Positions 1 to 10,131 of a stretch of DNA of 35,888 nucleotides are shown piece by piece. The number at the start of each line of letters is the position of its first letter. Position 1 is the first letter of the stretch. The stretch is from the NCBI RefSeq assembly GCF_001194135.2, contig NC_068991.1:33179753-33215640 (forward strand), given 5' to 3'. The position numbers and the translations under genes were made by a program. The notes beneath the pieces were generated by a model that saw only the letters and a program-made list of their open reading frames with translations, searched no databases and was not told the DNA's origin. This DNA comes from Octopus bimaculoides. Lineage: Eukaryota.

Positions 1-15
1 CAATATATTTTTCAG

Positions 16-181
16 AAATTTTTTGCATCAGAAGAACTCTATTCATTTATCTCTCGTAGTATGTGGGGATCGCCTTGAGGAATCTGTTGTATTATTAAAA
101 TCTGCTGTTTTGCTGACAGACCAACCCCTTGTTTTCCATTTGTTTGTGGAGGACCATCTCCAGAAGAATTTTCAGGATCAA
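16..181 (+). CDS. GXYLT1: Glucoside xylosyltransferase (GT8) internal coding exon A
   Basis: Acceptor ttttttcAG ends at 15 and donor GTataa starts at 182. Frame from 17 gives NFLHQKNSIHLSLVVCGDRLEESVVLLKSAVLLTDQPLVFHLFVEDHLQKNFQDQ, matching the GXYLT segment HLAVVACGERLEE..LKSA...FHIFAED. GXYLT1 vs GXYLT2 cannot be resolved. An alternative acceptor at cag 29-31 is possible. Confidence 0.92.
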
Positions 182-2199
182 GTATAATTTTTCAGCGCTA
201 ATCCAGTTTTGAACTTTAACTATTAATTTCAATATAATGCTATAGCTTTTCGTTTTAATACTATGCATAAAGAAGATACAATTTCTTTAAAGAATAGTGT
301 AAGGTAAGGAAAGGATTGATGCCCTAATGACTTCATCAGTCATTGAGTTGGCCTTTAATATTTTGTTAAAATTATTTCCACTATCTGTTTTGACCTTTGA
401 TTTAAATATTTTTAAAAAAATGGATTAGGGAAAAACTGAATGTTTTGATCTTTATCCTTTGTTACATACCTTACAGATCTTTTTTTAAAGAATTTCTGTA
501 TCTTCTTAACATGGAGCTAAAGTTTGCAAAAGAATTGTTATTTGAGGTGTAAAAAGTAAAACTGCACTAGTGCTACTTTTTTGTATTTTTAATCTTTGAA
601 TTTTATGTTGATTTCAGAAAATGGAGTCTGCTATGCTAAAAAATTTAATGATTAATTAAGATTACAGCCTTAGAGATGAAAATATCTATTTTTTAAATGA
701 TTATGTCTGGTGAAAAAAAAATGAAACAATAAGTTGAAAACAATCCTGAAATTTTAATTAATTAAATACAGCATTATAGTATTAAAAAGGTACTAACTTG
801 TTTGGTGGTCAGCAGAAGAATAGCTCTTTGATATTGTGCTGTGATCAGCTTGTTTATCTTACAGTTATTTTGTTCAGTGTGACTGGGTTCCAGTATGTTT
901 GTTTATTTTTAAAATTTTTTTATGAGGAAGTAAAACAAAAGAATAGGTAATCTTTTGCTTTAGGGACATCTAAGTTCAGGATTGAAAATGAAAGAAAATG
1001 AAGCTAAGAGTGTACAAAAATAAACTTATGTATAAGTGAAATGAATAAGTATCACCTTAGAATATTGAAAATGATTTTTTTTATTATATAAAATATGAAA
1101 GTATTTCTCTCTTTTCTGGTGAAGTAAAACCAAATTATTTAATGACAAAAAAATGAAGTTATTTTATTCATGCCAAAAAAAAACTTTAAAAAAAACAAAC
1201 AAATTAAAGTGAACTGGTGAATCTCAATATTGAGTTGCTTATTTGGCACTAGATTCTTCTAAAATAGAAATTATTTGATTTTTTTTTGTCATGGATGGAG
1301 GTTAAATAAGAAATTTTTTCTTCCAATGGCCAGAGGTTACACAACAGAAAAATTAGGTAAAATATGACATATTCTTCCATTCTTTATAATGTTCATATTA
1401 ATCATCGCTAATTATTATTTTACTTGTATGACCTGTAGAAATTCCACAGAATGGAAAAAATTAAGAGGACTTATTTCAGAAAGAATGGATGATTTGCATT
1501 TTTATAGCATTCCTAGTTTAGCTTTCTTTAAATATACTTGATGTTTGTCTACATTCATTTCCTTATGTCTCCATTGGTGTTGTCTTTTTTTATCGTTTTA
1601 TTATATCTTCACGCTTTTCCTCTGATCTGTGCTCTATATCTGCGCATCCTTTCCTCGGACAGCTTGCAACCATGTTTCTTGTGAATCCAGAGTTTAGGCT
1701 AAATTAACCCTTATAAACAAATGTCAATTTTTTAAGTGAGCAAATGATAAATAATTGCACTTATGCATTTGCAATGGTTGCTATAAAAAAATTAGTTCAA
1801 TAAAAAAGAAATACTTTTCAATATCAACACATCACCACAACCACTGCTATCTGCCTCTCTCTCTCTCTCAATATAACTGCCTCCTCTGTCCATCTCTTTC
1901 TTTCTACCTTTCCCTTCAGCTAACTTTTTAACCATGTAATAAGTATTCCTTCCTCACCCCACCACCCATTGTTAACACTTCTCTTTCCCTCTTTTTCTCA
2001 CATTGTCTTTTTCTCTCCTTCTTTGCCTCTACCGTCAGCTGCCCACATGACCATTTGGCCTAAGTATGTTAATATTAATCACCTTTCTCTATTTCTTCCT
2101 CTCTCCTTTCTTCACTCCTCTCTCTCTCACCCTTACTCCACCTCTTTAAATATTTCACCTTCACCTCTCTAACTAACTAATGTATAACGGGTGAACGAA

Positions 2200-2705
2200 C
2201 AAGCAGATTATCATAGATTATGGCCAAGTTCCAACCTGGGTCACAGCAATGAAGTCCACTTGCCACACTTCTTGGTCCATCATCACTGTCACGAGTTCCT
2301 GGGAATATTCCAGGCCAGTGTCTACAATCAAGTTGTCGATGTAAGTGTGGCAATGTTTTCTTCTTACATCACCATGCCAGGTCTTCATAAAAGCATTCAT
2401 TTGTTATATGTTGCTGCCATTTCACATTTAGAGTCATTTGTTGCATCTTTCTGTAGCATCCATTTAACTCATTTGAAAATTTATTTGTCACTGTCCATCT
2501 TTCACTGCCATATAATAAAACTGATTTCACAGTTGCAATGATTTGCCTGGGCAATTTTGGAGTGTGAGACCTTCTTTAGTTTGTGACAGGCTGTCCGTGT
2601 TTGTGCCTTCCTGATCTTGATGTCTGTGTCCGAACTGCTCACCCAACCACCTAAGTACTTTAAGTCTTCAACAACATTGGCTAAAACTTTCACCAATTGA
2701 CTCAC
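2200..2705 (-). mobile_element. Degenerate non-LTR retrotransposon (RTE-like) ORF2 C-terminal fragment
   Basis: Frameshifted peptides VVEDLKYLGGWVSSSDTDIKIRKAQ..ACHKLKK and ATVKSVLLYGSERW..LNGCYRKM..LNVKWQQHITNE correspond to the post-RT thumb region. Confidence 0.8.
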
Positions 2706-2719
2706 CAGTATTCTGCAAG

Positions 2720-3410
2720 ATTGCTTTCAAACAAATACTCTCTGATCAACTTTGTTTTTATTGTTTCTTCTCACCTCTTTATTTCTTTCTTTTATGTGCT
2801 TCAGAGGTGGAACCAATAAAATTCAAACTGATTGACAGCATAATGCTTGAGTTTATCACCTTTTCCAATATTTCTACCTGCAATTCACTGATCTAACAAA
2901 ACTTTACCTGGTGCAATATTTGGGCAAATTATTGGCACTAAGCTATTGATATTCCAATTTCAAGAAAGCATGTCTCTTCAGTTCTGTAGCTACCAGTTTT
3001 TTGGAGATTGCATATATAATGCCAACAATTCATTAACTATAGTTACACTGGTTGTTGATAGTTGCATCACACTCTCATTTAATTTAACTGACCAGCCATC
3101 ATCTTTTGAAAGCATTTGGTTTCTAAGAAGCATTCTTCCTCAACTCTATTTCTTCTTTCCTTGCACAAGTGTTCCATCAATCTGAAATACACAGAAAGGT
3201 TGATGCATCTCAAGACCATTTGACTTCTTGATATTTCAAATTTCTTGATACCTAATAATGTTGAACCAGTTTGCCGCACTGTTGCTGAAAATACCAAGGT
3301 TCACTACCGAACTTCTATTTGAGCACTTGTTGATTCAATGTAATAATTTGCTGTATCTTCACTGGGGAGACCTTCAAGTCAACTTGAATTGTTAAGGTCA
3401 AAACATTACA
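2720..3410 (-). mobile_element. Merlin (IS1016/ISXO2-like) DNA transposase remnant
   Basis: Hand translation across frameshifts gives NLGIFSNSAANWFNIIR, CVFQIDGTLVQGKKK*S*GRMLL, LVPIICPNIAPGKVLLDQ*IAGRNIG..KHYAVN and NFIGSTSEAH. These are colinear with the Merlin motifs VDWFNFCRE, VQIDES..GKRKYNRGR, LLPII...IAPGS..SD.W and TVNHS.NFVDP.TGAH. Confidence 0.7.
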
Positions 3411-3429
3411 AAAAACCCTTGGTTCAAGG

Positions 3430-4400
3430 GGAGAACCAGCATTTTGTTGATCTTATTAGTAGAGGCCTCTTTGATTGTCGTGTTAATTGGAGTTTGTTGA
3501 ATACTCCAACACCTTTGGCTGTCCTTTGTTTTACATCAGTTTCAAGCATTGCCATCTGCTGTTTGAATGCTACCAAGATATGTGAAGCACTGGATCTTTT
3601 CTGTCTTTCCTCCATTAATTGAGACTATATGCTTCATTGTCTTTGGTATATTTACTCTCAGGCCAATATTTTCAGCTGTTTCAACCAGAGCATTTGTCAT
3701 ACCCTGCATCTCTGTGCAGTTGTTGGTAAGAAAAGCTAAGTCATCAGCAAAGTCTAAATCTGCCAGTTTTATTCTTCTCCATTTTAACCCATGTCCATAG
3801 GCATCCAAGTACCTTAACAGAATGTAGTCCAAGATTATCAAGAAAAATAATGGGGATAGGATGCATCCTTGTTGCACTCCTGATAAGATAGAAAAGAACT
3901 CAGTAAATCCTGATTCTGTTTTTACACGTCAACATGAATCTTGATAAAGTAATTTAACGATTTAGGTATAGTGATTGGGAATCTCTGAAAGAGACTGGCA
4001 CAGCATGCTGTCAAAGGCTTTTGTGAAGTCAATATAATTTGTCACTACTGAGGTTCTATACTCCGGTGATTGCTCAATGAGGTTCCTTAGTGTGAATATT
4101 TCTTTTCTACTCTAAGCACAAGGCCTGAAATTTGGGGGGAGGGGGCCAGTCGATTAGATCGACCCCAGTACGCAACTGGTACTTAATTTATTAATCCCAA
4201 AAGGATGAAAGGCAAAGTCAACTTCGGCAGAATTTGAACTCAGAACTTAAGGATAGACAAGATACTGCTAAGCATTTCGCCTGGCATGCTAACGTTTCTG
4301 CCAGCTCGCCTTAGTTTGAATATTTGTTTATTGTATGATCTTCCTTTTCAAAAACCTGCTTGTTCACTTCTAAGTTTGTAGTCCAGTTCCTGTTGTAATT
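3430..4400 (-). mobile_element. RTE-like LINE reverse transcriptase fragment, interrupted by a SINE
   Basis: KLRSEQAGF..GRS..QIF(T/K)LRNLIEQ, AFDSM, QGCILSPLFFLIILDY, LDFADDLAFL, LRVNIPKT and FTYLGS. Confidence 0.9.
4102..4310 (-). mobile_element. tRNA-derived SINE with target-site duplication
   Basis: Minus-strand A box TGGCAGAAACG (4293-4303) and B box GAGTTCAAATTC (4230-4241), plus a central GCCTTTCATCCTTT core. 15-bp TSD ttagt(g/t)tgaatattt at 4087-4101 and 4311-4325. Second copy at 8984-9196. Confidence 0.9.
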
Positions 4401-4926
4401 TTTCAGCAGTAGCCAACATATGACTTATTGGGCCATGATTAGAAGAGTTATACTTTTCCAATCATTGTTATTGGCAGGTACTCCTTTCTTAAGAATTTTG
4501 ACTATGGGTCCTGTTGACCATTTGGTCATGGAAGAGTTGAAAAACAGATTGGTAATTTTGAACAAAGATGCCTCCAAAATATCTTGGGCTTTAGATCAAG
4601 ACAAAATCACAAAAGAGGAGGTGCTTTGAAGAGTCAATATCACATGTCTGAGTATTGTCATCAAAAATAGAAGAATACAGCTAGCAGAGCATGTCCTATG
4701 AATGGAGGACAATATCTCAGCAAGAACTGCAATGACATAGTTACCAGCTGGTGGGAAGAGTCCAAAGAGTAAGCCAAAAGAAAACTTGGGCTCCACCTTA
4801 AAAGATTACCTGCACAGCTGTGGCACCTGTTGGTTTCAAGCTCCAATCCTTGCCAAAGTCATAAAAAGATGGAAGAACATAGTGACCCATTACCATGAAG
4901 CTGGAGGAGCCAGATGACCAGTAAGT
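4400..4926 (+). mobile_element. RTE-like LINE 3' fragment (post-RT region and 3' end)
   Basis: ILFQSLL..DKITKEEVL*RVN..IKNRRIQLAEHVL*M..SARTAMT*LPAGGK. Homologous copy at 30420-30675. Confidence 0.75.
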
Positions 4927-5514
4927 GGATGCTGGATACAGCTGATATGGGCCATGAAGAGGACAAATGAGCATTTGCTTGAGAGCCATCTTGTTGAACA
5001 CTGATGGAGAGATACTGTGATGGAAAGCCATAATTTTAGAAGAAATTATTTAATTTTGTTGTATCAGAAAACAAAATGAGATGATTTCAAATGAAAAAAA
5101 TGGTTTTAACTCTTTGTGGTTGATTTTAAATTAAGACAACTGAATATTATTTAGGAATGGGGAATCTCAAGGCAAGTAAAGCTGTAAATAATAGCATGTA
5201 AATATTGTGTTACAAATCCTTTGGCTAGAAAAAGTCGAAGCATGTTTACAAGATTTGGGTTTGTGTCCCACAAGCAACTTTCAACTTTTTCTATCCAAAG
5301 AGTTTTTAATCCAATATTTACACACTATTATTTATAGCTTTATTTGCTTCAAGAATTACCATTCCTAAAATGAGTTATTTCACATCCTCAAAGTTCTAAA
5401 TTTGTATGAATATTATTTGTTTTTTACTATAAAAAATTTGATGGACAACACCAAATATGAAACTCGTTTTAGAACCATTATTTCCTAATTTGAACCATAA
5501 CTGCATAAAGATTC

Positions 5515-5650
5515 AGTTGCTTAAGGTTGAGAGAGCATGTGGAAGAGGAGTTCTCAGGAAGATGTGGGATGATGTGATGAAGGACTCTGAAACTCATGGA
5601 TGAGATAACAAGGGATCAGAATGACTGATGATATGCAGTATTCAAGAAAC
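5515..5650 (+). mobile_element. RTE LINE extreme 3' ORF fragment
   Basis: gcatgtggaagaggag..ctcaggaagatgtgggatgatgtg matches CGRGRPRKTWDEV of the other RTE copies (18100-18140, 25690-25740). Confidence 0.6.
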
Positions 5651-5689
5651 TCACCCAAGTTTATGAAACTGAAATTCTAGAATTATGTC

Positions 5690-7700
5690 TTCTAGTCCAC
5701 AACTGACCTGTTCAGGAAGCTAAAAAGTGGGTGGTTAATATACTGTAGAAAAGAAGTGGAGCAGAGTAGCAGTTGTGCATGGTGACCCTAGAAAAGATAT
5801 TCTGTTAGGAGATTGTCCCTTTCTACTGCCAATGCTCTAACTCCACAATCCTTTCAATATGACAAAATCTTTTGGGTCATCATTGCTAGGAGGTAAACAT
5901 ATCTCCTTGCCAATGAGTGCATCAGCATGAATGTCCAGAAAGGAGGGGTCCCAGGTTACTGCAGATGTGTTGAACACACATAAGCAATCAGCCATGTCAT
6001 TAAGGAAGCAAGGAGGAACAACAACTCACTCTCCACTGTTTGATTGGCTCTTGTCAAAGCACACCCAAGTGTGCTCCACCAGTGTGCAATTGAAATACTA
6101 CCAAGTATCAACAGTAGTCAGACTCATAGTCCTATGTAGATTTGCTGAAAATGAGGTTCACTGTAGAGACTGGAAAAAAGTATTATGGCAAGGTGTACAA
6201 TTTCCATGGTGGCCATGAACCTACTACTAGAGGTAGGAGGGAAGCAGTCAAAACACAGGAAATTCAGTTTGATGGATCTTTATGGACAACATAGAGGTTA
6301 TGACACCATAAATCAAGGGAGCCCAGTCGAATGGTCATGCTTGAAGTTCATTCCAGTAAAATCTCAGAGCCTGGATATCTCTAAGAGAAAGATAACAAAT
6401 GACGTCATCAGCATTAAGGGCTCTGGGTTTCTGATAATCCAAGAAAAAAGAGCCTGTTGCCTTGGGAAAAATTATGATTATACTCTTAAGGATATTGGCA
6501 ATGCCGAAGACACAAAGACCCAACAAGACAACTGGCTGTGGGCAGTTGATAAAAATCAGCTACTTGGAGGATTTAAGGTGCTTCCAGTATGGCATGTACC
6601 CAAACTACAGTGGCTATTTTTACATTAAGGCTTTGCCATGATTTGAGTAGAGGGAATGGTGAGACTGTGCAGTAAATTTATGTGAAAGTGGTTAGTCATT
6701 GCTCAGTCAATCTGCACTGCACAACCTCTAAGCTCTGCTTACCAATTTCATCTGTAGTGGAGGAATTGAAAGGCACAGTGACAAGATTAATCAACACATT
6801 ACTTCAGTCTGGAGATGAGAAAGTCAGACATATCAAGACCATAAAGTGTGGCATAAAATGGAGACTCCCAGAAGTGTGAAGAAAGCAGACATACTGAAAA
6901 CACCAAGAGATTGTTAGAGTAGTCTGTAAAGGACAGCTAGGACTTGGCAACAAGTGCTAAGAAGTGGAAAAACACCTATACCAGGAGCAAGAGAGAGCTC
7001 ATAGCACAAAGGGTTTGTGATTCAACAAATTAGGATTGCTAAGGCAAGACAGTAGGGCTTGCCCACCAAAGACTGGATACAGTGGAATCAGTCACTTGAG
7101 TGTCCACTGTCCTAGAATTCTGGAGCAGTGACCAGGGAAGATTGTCCTTCTTCCTTTGTGCTGTCGCTGACCTCTTGTCAACCCCAAATAAACTTATGAT
7201 ATGGGACAAAGAAGAAAACCCATCCTGCAAGCAGTGTGGAGCTAGTCTTTGTATCCTGAACTACTCCCAAGATGAAAGTAGTAGCTGGGGACCTGTTTTC
7301 TATTTTGCATTCAGCCTCAAGTTGGGAAATGCAAGTGGACTTGAAGGGCAAACTTGTCTTCCCAGAGGAGATAGTAACATCACTCTGACCAGACAAGTTC
7401 CTGCTCTCCAGGAGCACAAAATCAATCATTGTGGTCAAACTCACAGTACCCAAGGAAGACAGACTCGTCATTTCTCACCAGGTAAGGTAAACCAAATATC
7501 ATGACTTGGCGATGGGGCTCTTGTCAAGGGGTGACATGCAGCCTCATCCTCCATTGAAGTTGGCTGTAGAAGCTTTTCAGATAGATCAGTACACTATGCT
7601 ATTTCCTACAGAAGATAGGTCTGGAACCCTGAAGGTAACTGAAAAAAGCCATCAAGATGGGCATGGCAGCTGAAACAGGCTTAAGGTGGCAATGGTTGAT
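5690..7700 (+). mobile_element. HERO/NeSL-like non-LTR retrotransposon remnant (RT plus restriction-like endonuclease)
   Basis: QGVQFPW/GCTISMVAMNLLLE, FIPVKSQSLDI, LGKNYDYTLKD, LSFFLCAVADLLSTPNKLMIWDKEENPSCKQCG (zinc knuckle), RPD..VVKLTVPKEDR..TKYHDL and GCRSF (REL domain). Confidence 0.75.
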
Positions 7701-8257
7701 CCTTTTATCCTTCTCCTGTCTCTTATTATCCTACTGCTCTTCACCCTCCTGCACTGCCAATAAGGATCTTACAGCTCTTCATCCTCCTGCTCTGCTAATA
7801 AGGATCTTCTCTCCCTGACCTTTCCCCATAACCTATATGCATTATTGATTATTCCTTCACCATTCACTACATTCACCCTTTTTCCCTACTTTCCATCCAA
7901 TTCATATTTATTTTCCCCCTCACCTTAACCCTTATACACTTCCTACCCCATCTCTTACCATCCATTATTTTATTGATACATTCTTACTACCTCTATCCAG
8001 CTACCTTTTCTGTTCTGCATCAAGGGTCCACTCTGATTCCTTATCACCATTGTCTTTGTCTCTCTTTCCAGCTCCATGACAATTACAGTAATGCTTGCTT
8101 GAATAATGTGAGCATCTCTGTTATAACAACAAACCTGTTCCAACCCCTTCCTTCATATTCTAAGCTTTCTTCACCTACCATAAATCTGCCCTCCACCTCT
8201 ATTCTGTAGCACTATTGAAAAATCTATCCTACCACAAATAATAATAATAATGATAGA

Positions 8258-8348
8258 AGAGCACAATGTGATTTGTAGAAGAGATTGTTTAATAAGATTG
8301 TTTATCTAATGGTTTGAATAATCTCTATTACAAATCTCATCGCACTCT
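8258..8348. repeat. Imperfect 91-bp palindrome with 33-bp arms (MITE-like)
   Basis: agagcacaatgtgatttgtagaagagattgttt (8258-8290) vs the reverse complement of 8316-8348, agagtgcgatgagatttgtaatagagattattc. Confidence 0.7.
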
Positions 8349-8409
8349 TATTGTCTATTTACATTTTTGAAGAGTTCCGCCAAACTTTATAAATTGATAA
8401 TAATAATAA

Positions 8410-8972
8410 TCATCATCATCGTTATTTAATGTCCATTTTCTATACTGGCATGGGTTGGATGGTTGGACTGAAAACTGGTAAGCTGGGGAGCTGCACCAGG
8501 TTCCAATCTGATTTGGCGTGATTTCCATTGCTGGATCCCTTCCTTATGCAAACCACTCCAAGAGTGTAGTGAGTGCATTTTACATGCCACCAGCATTGGC
8601 CATGACTATGATCTCACTTGGTTTGACAGGTCTTCTCAGGCACAGTATATCACCTAAGGTCTTGGTCACCTGTCACTGCTTCTGTGAGGCCCAACACTTG
8701 AGCAGTGCTTTTTACATGCCACTAGCATAAGTGCCATTCAGACGGCACTGGCATCAGTCACAACTACAATTTCACCTGGCTTGACAGGCACAACATATCA
8801 TCCAATGTTTAAAGGGTACTTTTTACATACCAGCTACATGACACTGGCATTGGCCACAACTACTTGGCTTAACAAGTCTTCTCAAGTATGGCATATCACC
8901 AAAGGTCTCAATCACTTGTCATTGCCTCCATGAGGCCAAACTTTCGAAGATCATGCTTCACCACCTTATCCC
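8410..8972 (-). mobile_element. RTE 3' tail / RTE-derived SINE with tandem subrepeats
   Basis: (CAT)n-cgttatttaatgtcc..ggcatgggttgga tail followed by three cttttacat(g/a)cca units. Homologous to 35657-35888 and 19320-19680. Confidence 0.8.
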
Positions 8973-8983
8973 ATAATAATAAT

Positions 8984-9196
8984 CCTTTCTACTATAGGCA
9001 CAAAGCCTGAAATTTGTGGGGAGGGGGTAAGTCAATCAGATCAACCCCAATACATGACTGGTATTTAATTTATCAACCCTGAAAGGATGAAAGACAAAGT
9101 CAACCCTGGTGGCATTTGAACTCAGAACATAAAGTTGAATGAAATACCACTAAGCATTTTGCCCACCGTGCTAATGAATCTGCTAACTTGCTTGCC
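8984..9196 (-). mobile_element. tRNA-derived SINE (same family as 4102-4310), more diverged
   Basis: ctttctactataggcacaaagcctgaaatt..aaggatgaaagacaaagtcaac..atttgaactcagaac. Confidence 0.85.
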
Positions 9197-9234
9197 TTAA
9201 TACTAGTAATTATCAACCCATCATGCCCATTTAA

Positions 9235-9578
9235 TTCCAGGATCATAAAGAAAGAGATAGAAAAACAAAAAACAAAAAATACAATATCCTAAAATTTGAA
9301 ATAGGAAGAATTTGAAGCATGCAAACAGTAAAAGCTGTGCCTATAATAATTGGTGCACTGGGATCAGTAAACCAAGATATAGACAAATGGCTGAGAGAGA
9401 TTGAAATAGAATGTTCAGTAGAACTATAGAAAGTTTGTCTCTTAGGGACAGCAAGGATTATCAGGAGTGTCCTGATAAGACTGTTGAAAACTTGTGGATA
9501 CCTATGGTTACAGGCAGTAACTCACTATCCACATAATTCCTACCAGGAATAACACCGAACCTGAGATAAACCAAAATG
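9235..9578 (+). mobile_element. R4/Dong non-LTR retrotransposon 3' end
   Basis: KYNILKFEIGRI*..VKAVPIIIGALGSV..IEIECSVEL*KVCLLGTARIIRSVL, ending at aacctgagata followed by (TAA)n. Confidence 0.8.
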
Positions 9579-9596
9579 ATAATAATAATAATAATG

Positions 9597-9640
<44 letters not shown>
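9579..9640 (+). repeat. (TAA)n microsatellite, about 20 units
   Basis: Direct reading, with one TGA interruption. Confidence 0.97.
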
Positions 9641-9641
<1 letters not shown>

Positions 9642-10131
9642 GCTTCTGATCTTAACTGATTGGAAGTGTTACTATGTACATGTTTTGTCTTAGTATAAGA
9701 AGTGGGCCACAACAAATATACTGCTCAGTACCACAGATTTGCTTGTCAGTTGTTTGACCTTAACCAGTTGAGCATTTCCCTGAGTGGCTGATGATATGTG
9801 CATCTTTGATCACAAGCAGAACTAGTCAGGGAGCATCATAGCCATGTGTTGAAAGGAATTCTTTGGGGTTTGAATAATTCACCTCTGGAAACATAGGTGT
9901 TTTATTCATCATCCTTAAACAACCCTTGTTCAGAGACCTTTTGAGCAGGATGGGCTACTCAACCTGAAGAAAATTCTGAGCCCTACCTACAAGGTCATGT
10001 GCTGTTTATCTCAATATGAGATACATGTGGCTGGTGTACCCTTATCAAGCAAGTAATCATGGTGGGTATATTGGGTTTTGTATATTTGTACCCCAGCATC
10101 ACTTTGCCATGTGCTGCTTCCTCACTCAATA
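9641..10131 (+). mobile_element. About 490-bp non-coding interspersed element flanked by TAA runs
   Basis: No ORF homology seen. Starts immediately after (TAA)n and ends ctcactcaata. Recognised from memory as a common octopus repeat; it is single-copy in this window. Confidence 0.45.

Noticed and set aside
1830-2170. Hydrophobic Ser/Leu/Pro-rich ORFs in CT-rich tracts (also 7700-8220, 18328-18576, 25968-26396, 29767-30401)
   Set aside because: Low-complexity pyrimidine-rich DNA or RTE UTR, with no domain signal or splice support.
4230-4310. tRNA gene
   Set aside because: A and B boxes are present but continue into a SINE body with a TSD and a second copy; no full cloverleaf could be supported.
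7736-7808. Two-copy 38-bp tandem repeat
   Set aside because: An ordinary local duplication in low-complexity sequence.
9461-9715. Poly-Ile ORF, plus the poly-Phe/Ser ORF at 22771-23001 and the poly-Met start at 35427-35675
   Set aside because: Translations of microsatellites. Only the hAT-like part of the last ORF is meaningful.
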